Assembly: GCA_964629085.1 (NCBI GenBank)
Contig: CAZVPR010000009.1
Span: 2,119-66,118 of the forward strand
Direction: 5' to 3'
Source: an uncultured Anaerolineales bacterium
GTDB taxonomy: Bacteria; Chloroflexota; Anaerolineae; Anaerolineales; UBA11858
DNA length: 64,000 nucleotides
Part shown: piece after piece, positions 53,001-54,513 of the stretch
How the letters are laid out: every line of letters begins with the position of its first letter
Numbering within the stretch: position 1 is the stretch's first letter
The notes under the pieces: generated by a model
What the model saw: only the letters and a program-made list of their open reading frames with translations
What the model was told of the DNA's origin: nothing
Databases searched by the model: none
Made by a program: the position numbers and the translations under genes

Positions 53001-53262
53001 AGTCTTGGATCAAGAGATATTGATATCCTTCGCGCTATCCGTAGATTTATTGACCAGCTACGACGCGTTAGGAATCATGTGCTACGATGCCAGCACCGGA
53101 GATTACATTCTCGTCCAGGCAGAATTGTTATATTGGGATGAATCTGCGGAAAACGGTCTTGGTGACTGGGTTGAAGAGCCACCTACTCCAGATGCTCCGG
53201 CGAGGATTTTCACTTATCAGAATTTAAGTGGCGTGTATATGTTGGTTGGATTATCTGATTGA
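22900..53262 (+). CDS. Giant secreted repeat protein (10,120 codons): beta-helix / FG-GAP / RTX calcium-binding adhesin-like
   Basis: One open frame runs from the TAA at 22894-22896 to the TGA at 53260-53262. Possible starts are TTG 22900 (gives a K/R-containing n-region) or ATG 22942. The product is modular and protein-like throughout; see the sub-features. Confidence 0.9.
   Translation: [10120 protein letters not shown]
23002..23675 (+). other. Asp/Glu-rich low-complexity spacer (~225 aa)
   Basis: Very acidic and Thr/Ser/Asn-rich. Contains an internal duplication ([29 protein letters not shown] / [29 protein letters not shown]). Confidence 0.7.
26386..27500 (+). repeat. 'HGF' modules, cluster I (4-5 copies of a ~65-aa module)
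   Basis: Recurring pattern h-x-(I/L)-x-x-HGF-x4-h-x-Y ... (I/V)-x-GL-x3-x-YYV-x6-h-x-L ... h-x-L. Example: [52 protein letters not shown]. Confidence 0.6.
27700..35420 (+). repeat. ~48-aa Gly/Ala/Val/Asn repeats, predicted parallel beta-helix (~2,500 aa, with insertions)
   Basis: Dozens of units like G(A/S)(A/S)hGVNhIxNxTxAxIxxxxxhxxxGxhxVxAxxxxxhxxhxhGxxxG. Example: [48 protein letters not shown]. A Ser/Asp/Asn-rich insertion lies at about 33,240-33,520. Confidence 0.6.
35901..36360 (+). repeat. 'HGF' modules, cluster II (2 copies)
   Basis: [46 protein letters not shown] and [42 protein letters not shown]..VNLS. Confidence 0.6.
40620..44820 (+). repeat. FG-GAP-like beta-propeller blades (>20 repeats), interrupted at ~42,320-43,185
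   Basis: Recurring (F/Y)G-x-(A/S)-(V/I)-A-h-x-G-x3-(V/I)GAP-x6-G-x-(V/A)-(Y/F)-(I/V)-(F/Y)-x6-W. Example: [39 protein letters not shown]. Confidence 0.7.
46640..48960 (+). repeat. In-frame tandem array of an 88-aa (264-nt) module, ~8-9 units
   Basis: Unit ..[88 protein letters not shown].. Flanking units diverge progressively. Related units recur at about 50,700-51,540. Confidence 0.85.
47041..47699 (+). repeat. Nucleotide-perfect core of the 264-nt tandem repeat (2.5 units)
   Basis: 47041-47304 equals 47305-47568, which equals 47569-47699, base for base by direct comparison. The first mismatch is at 47700 (G versus A at 47172). Confidence 0.95.
50010..50500 (+). repeat. Canonical RTX (GGxGxDxhx) calcium-binding nonapeptide block
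   Basis: [74 protein letters not shown]... Smaller blocks lie at about 49,090-49,210, 49,600-49,660 and 51,700-51,870. Confidence 0.8.
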
Positions 53263-53338
53263 TCTGCATGGATTGTCCATTCCCTTCGAATATGCAGTTT
53301 GAATGACCGTGGCTCCTGCTTGACTTGGGGTAATGAAA

Positions 53339-53374
53339 AGTAACGCTGTTCCTGATATCAGAAACAGCGTTACT
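53339..53374. terminator. Near-perfect 36-nt palindrome between convergent genes (bidirectional terminator candidate)
   Basis: AGTAACGCTGTTCCTGAT / ATCAGAAACAGCGTTACT with one mismatch. Lies in the 123-nt gap between the giant-gene stop (53262) and the minus-strand gene stop (53386). No strong T-tracts. Confidence 0.5.
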
Positions 53375-53385
53375 ATGATGGTTGA

Positions 53386-54483
53386 TTATGGCCTTCCAGG
53401 GCGACCGCCACCTGGTCGAGGCACGGAGGGCAAATCGGGGGGATTGAAATCGGGGCGTTCGGGCAAACTGAAATCGAAATCGGGCACTGCACGGATATTA
53501 CCTTCCAATACGCCCAGGTTGAATATGGCGCTCTGGTTCTGGCCCAGTGCCAGGCTGTTGGTGACACTCCATATGTTTTCAGAGATGGGGTGTAAGTTTG
53601 CCCCACCGTGTTCCTGTAACCCGGCAATGGCATTAGCGCCAATTTGGGCGATGTCAAACAACTCGTTGACCGAGACGGAGTAATCGCCAAGGGCGTTGCG
53701 TACGGCATCAGCGAAGTTGACCGATTCATTTAATGCGCTTTTGAGATCGGTTGGGATGTTGTTGGGGTTGATGTCGGAAAGGCTCTGCAGCCGTTCCATG
53801 CGCTCAGTTTGAACGGCTGCAGTCCAGGATTGCCAATTATCGGAAACATTGCTGACGACATCTTGCGTAGCCTGAGCGGCATTGACGAAATTGTCCAGAG
53901 TTTCGGCGGTGATTTCAGCACCGGCCGCCAGGGTTTCAGCGGCAGCCATGGTCAATTCAGCAATTTCGACCATGGCGTAAGCCATCGCTTCAAGGTCATC
54001 TTCGACAGCTTCAAGCAGGTAAAGGGTTTCGTAGGCCAGTTCAGCGTAGAGACCATAGTAGGTGTAAATCAATTCGTCGGCAAAGTAGATCAGGTCGTCA
54101 GCATAATAAGCATAATATTCGATCTGTTCTACCTCTTCGGTGGTCAGAGTGCCATCGGAAGCGGCTTCTTCGACGTACGTGTTGGTTTGTTCGGTAGCCA
54201 GCATGGCCTCGTTGACGGCCTCCTCGATGGCCTGGTTGAATTCTTCTTCGGTCATTAGTAAGTATTCTTCTTCGAGTTCAGCGATAGCTTCGTCTACTGC
54301 TTCATCCACAGCTTCGTCGACAATGGCTTCCAACTCGGCCTGCGCGGTTGCCGTGGCGGCTATCGCAGCATCGATGGTGGCCTGGGGGTCATCGGGTTCA
54401 CCGGTCAAGCCAGATACACTGCAAGCCAGTGAAGTGACAACGAGCATGATCATGGTAAGGGGTAATAGTGATTTGCGGGACAT
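53386..54483 (-). CDS. Secreted, highly acidic Ala/Glu/Tyr-rich hypothetical protein
   Basis: 365 aa. N-terminus MSRKSLLPLTMIMLVVTSLACSVSG is a signal peptide, possibly lipoprotein-like though the lipobox is non-canonical. Has EAVDEAVDEAIAELEEE helical repeats, a Tyr-rich patch and a Pro/Gly tail. The + strand ORFs over it are shadows. Confidence 0.7.
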   Translation of the reverse strand: MSRKSLLPLTMIMLVVTSLACSVSGLTGEPDDPQATIDAAIAATATAQAELEAIVDEAVDEAVDEAIAELEEEYLLMTEEEFNQAIEEAVNEAMLATEQTNTYVEEAASDGTLTTEEVEQIEYYAYYADDLIYFADELIYTYYGLYAELAYETLYLLEAVEDDLEAMAYAMVEIAELTMAAAETLAAGAEITAETLDNFVNAAQATQDVVSNVSDNWQSWTAAVQTERMERLQSLSDINPNNIPTDLKSALNESVNFADAVRNALGDYSVSVNELFDIAQIGANAIAGLQEHGGANLHPISENIWSVTNSLALGQNQSAIFNLGVLEGNIRAVPDFDFSLPERPDFNPPDLPSVPRPGGGRPGRP

Positions 54484-54513
54484 GGGTACTCTCCTTTTAA
54501 TGATTGTAAATGA

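Noticed and set aside
22900-53262. Calling the giant protein a type I secretion (RTX toxin) substrate.
   Set aside because: RTX repeats are present. However, there is an N-terminal signal peptide, no T1SS genes in the window, and about 1,000 aa of non-RTX sequence after the main RTX block. I report only calcium-binding repeats.
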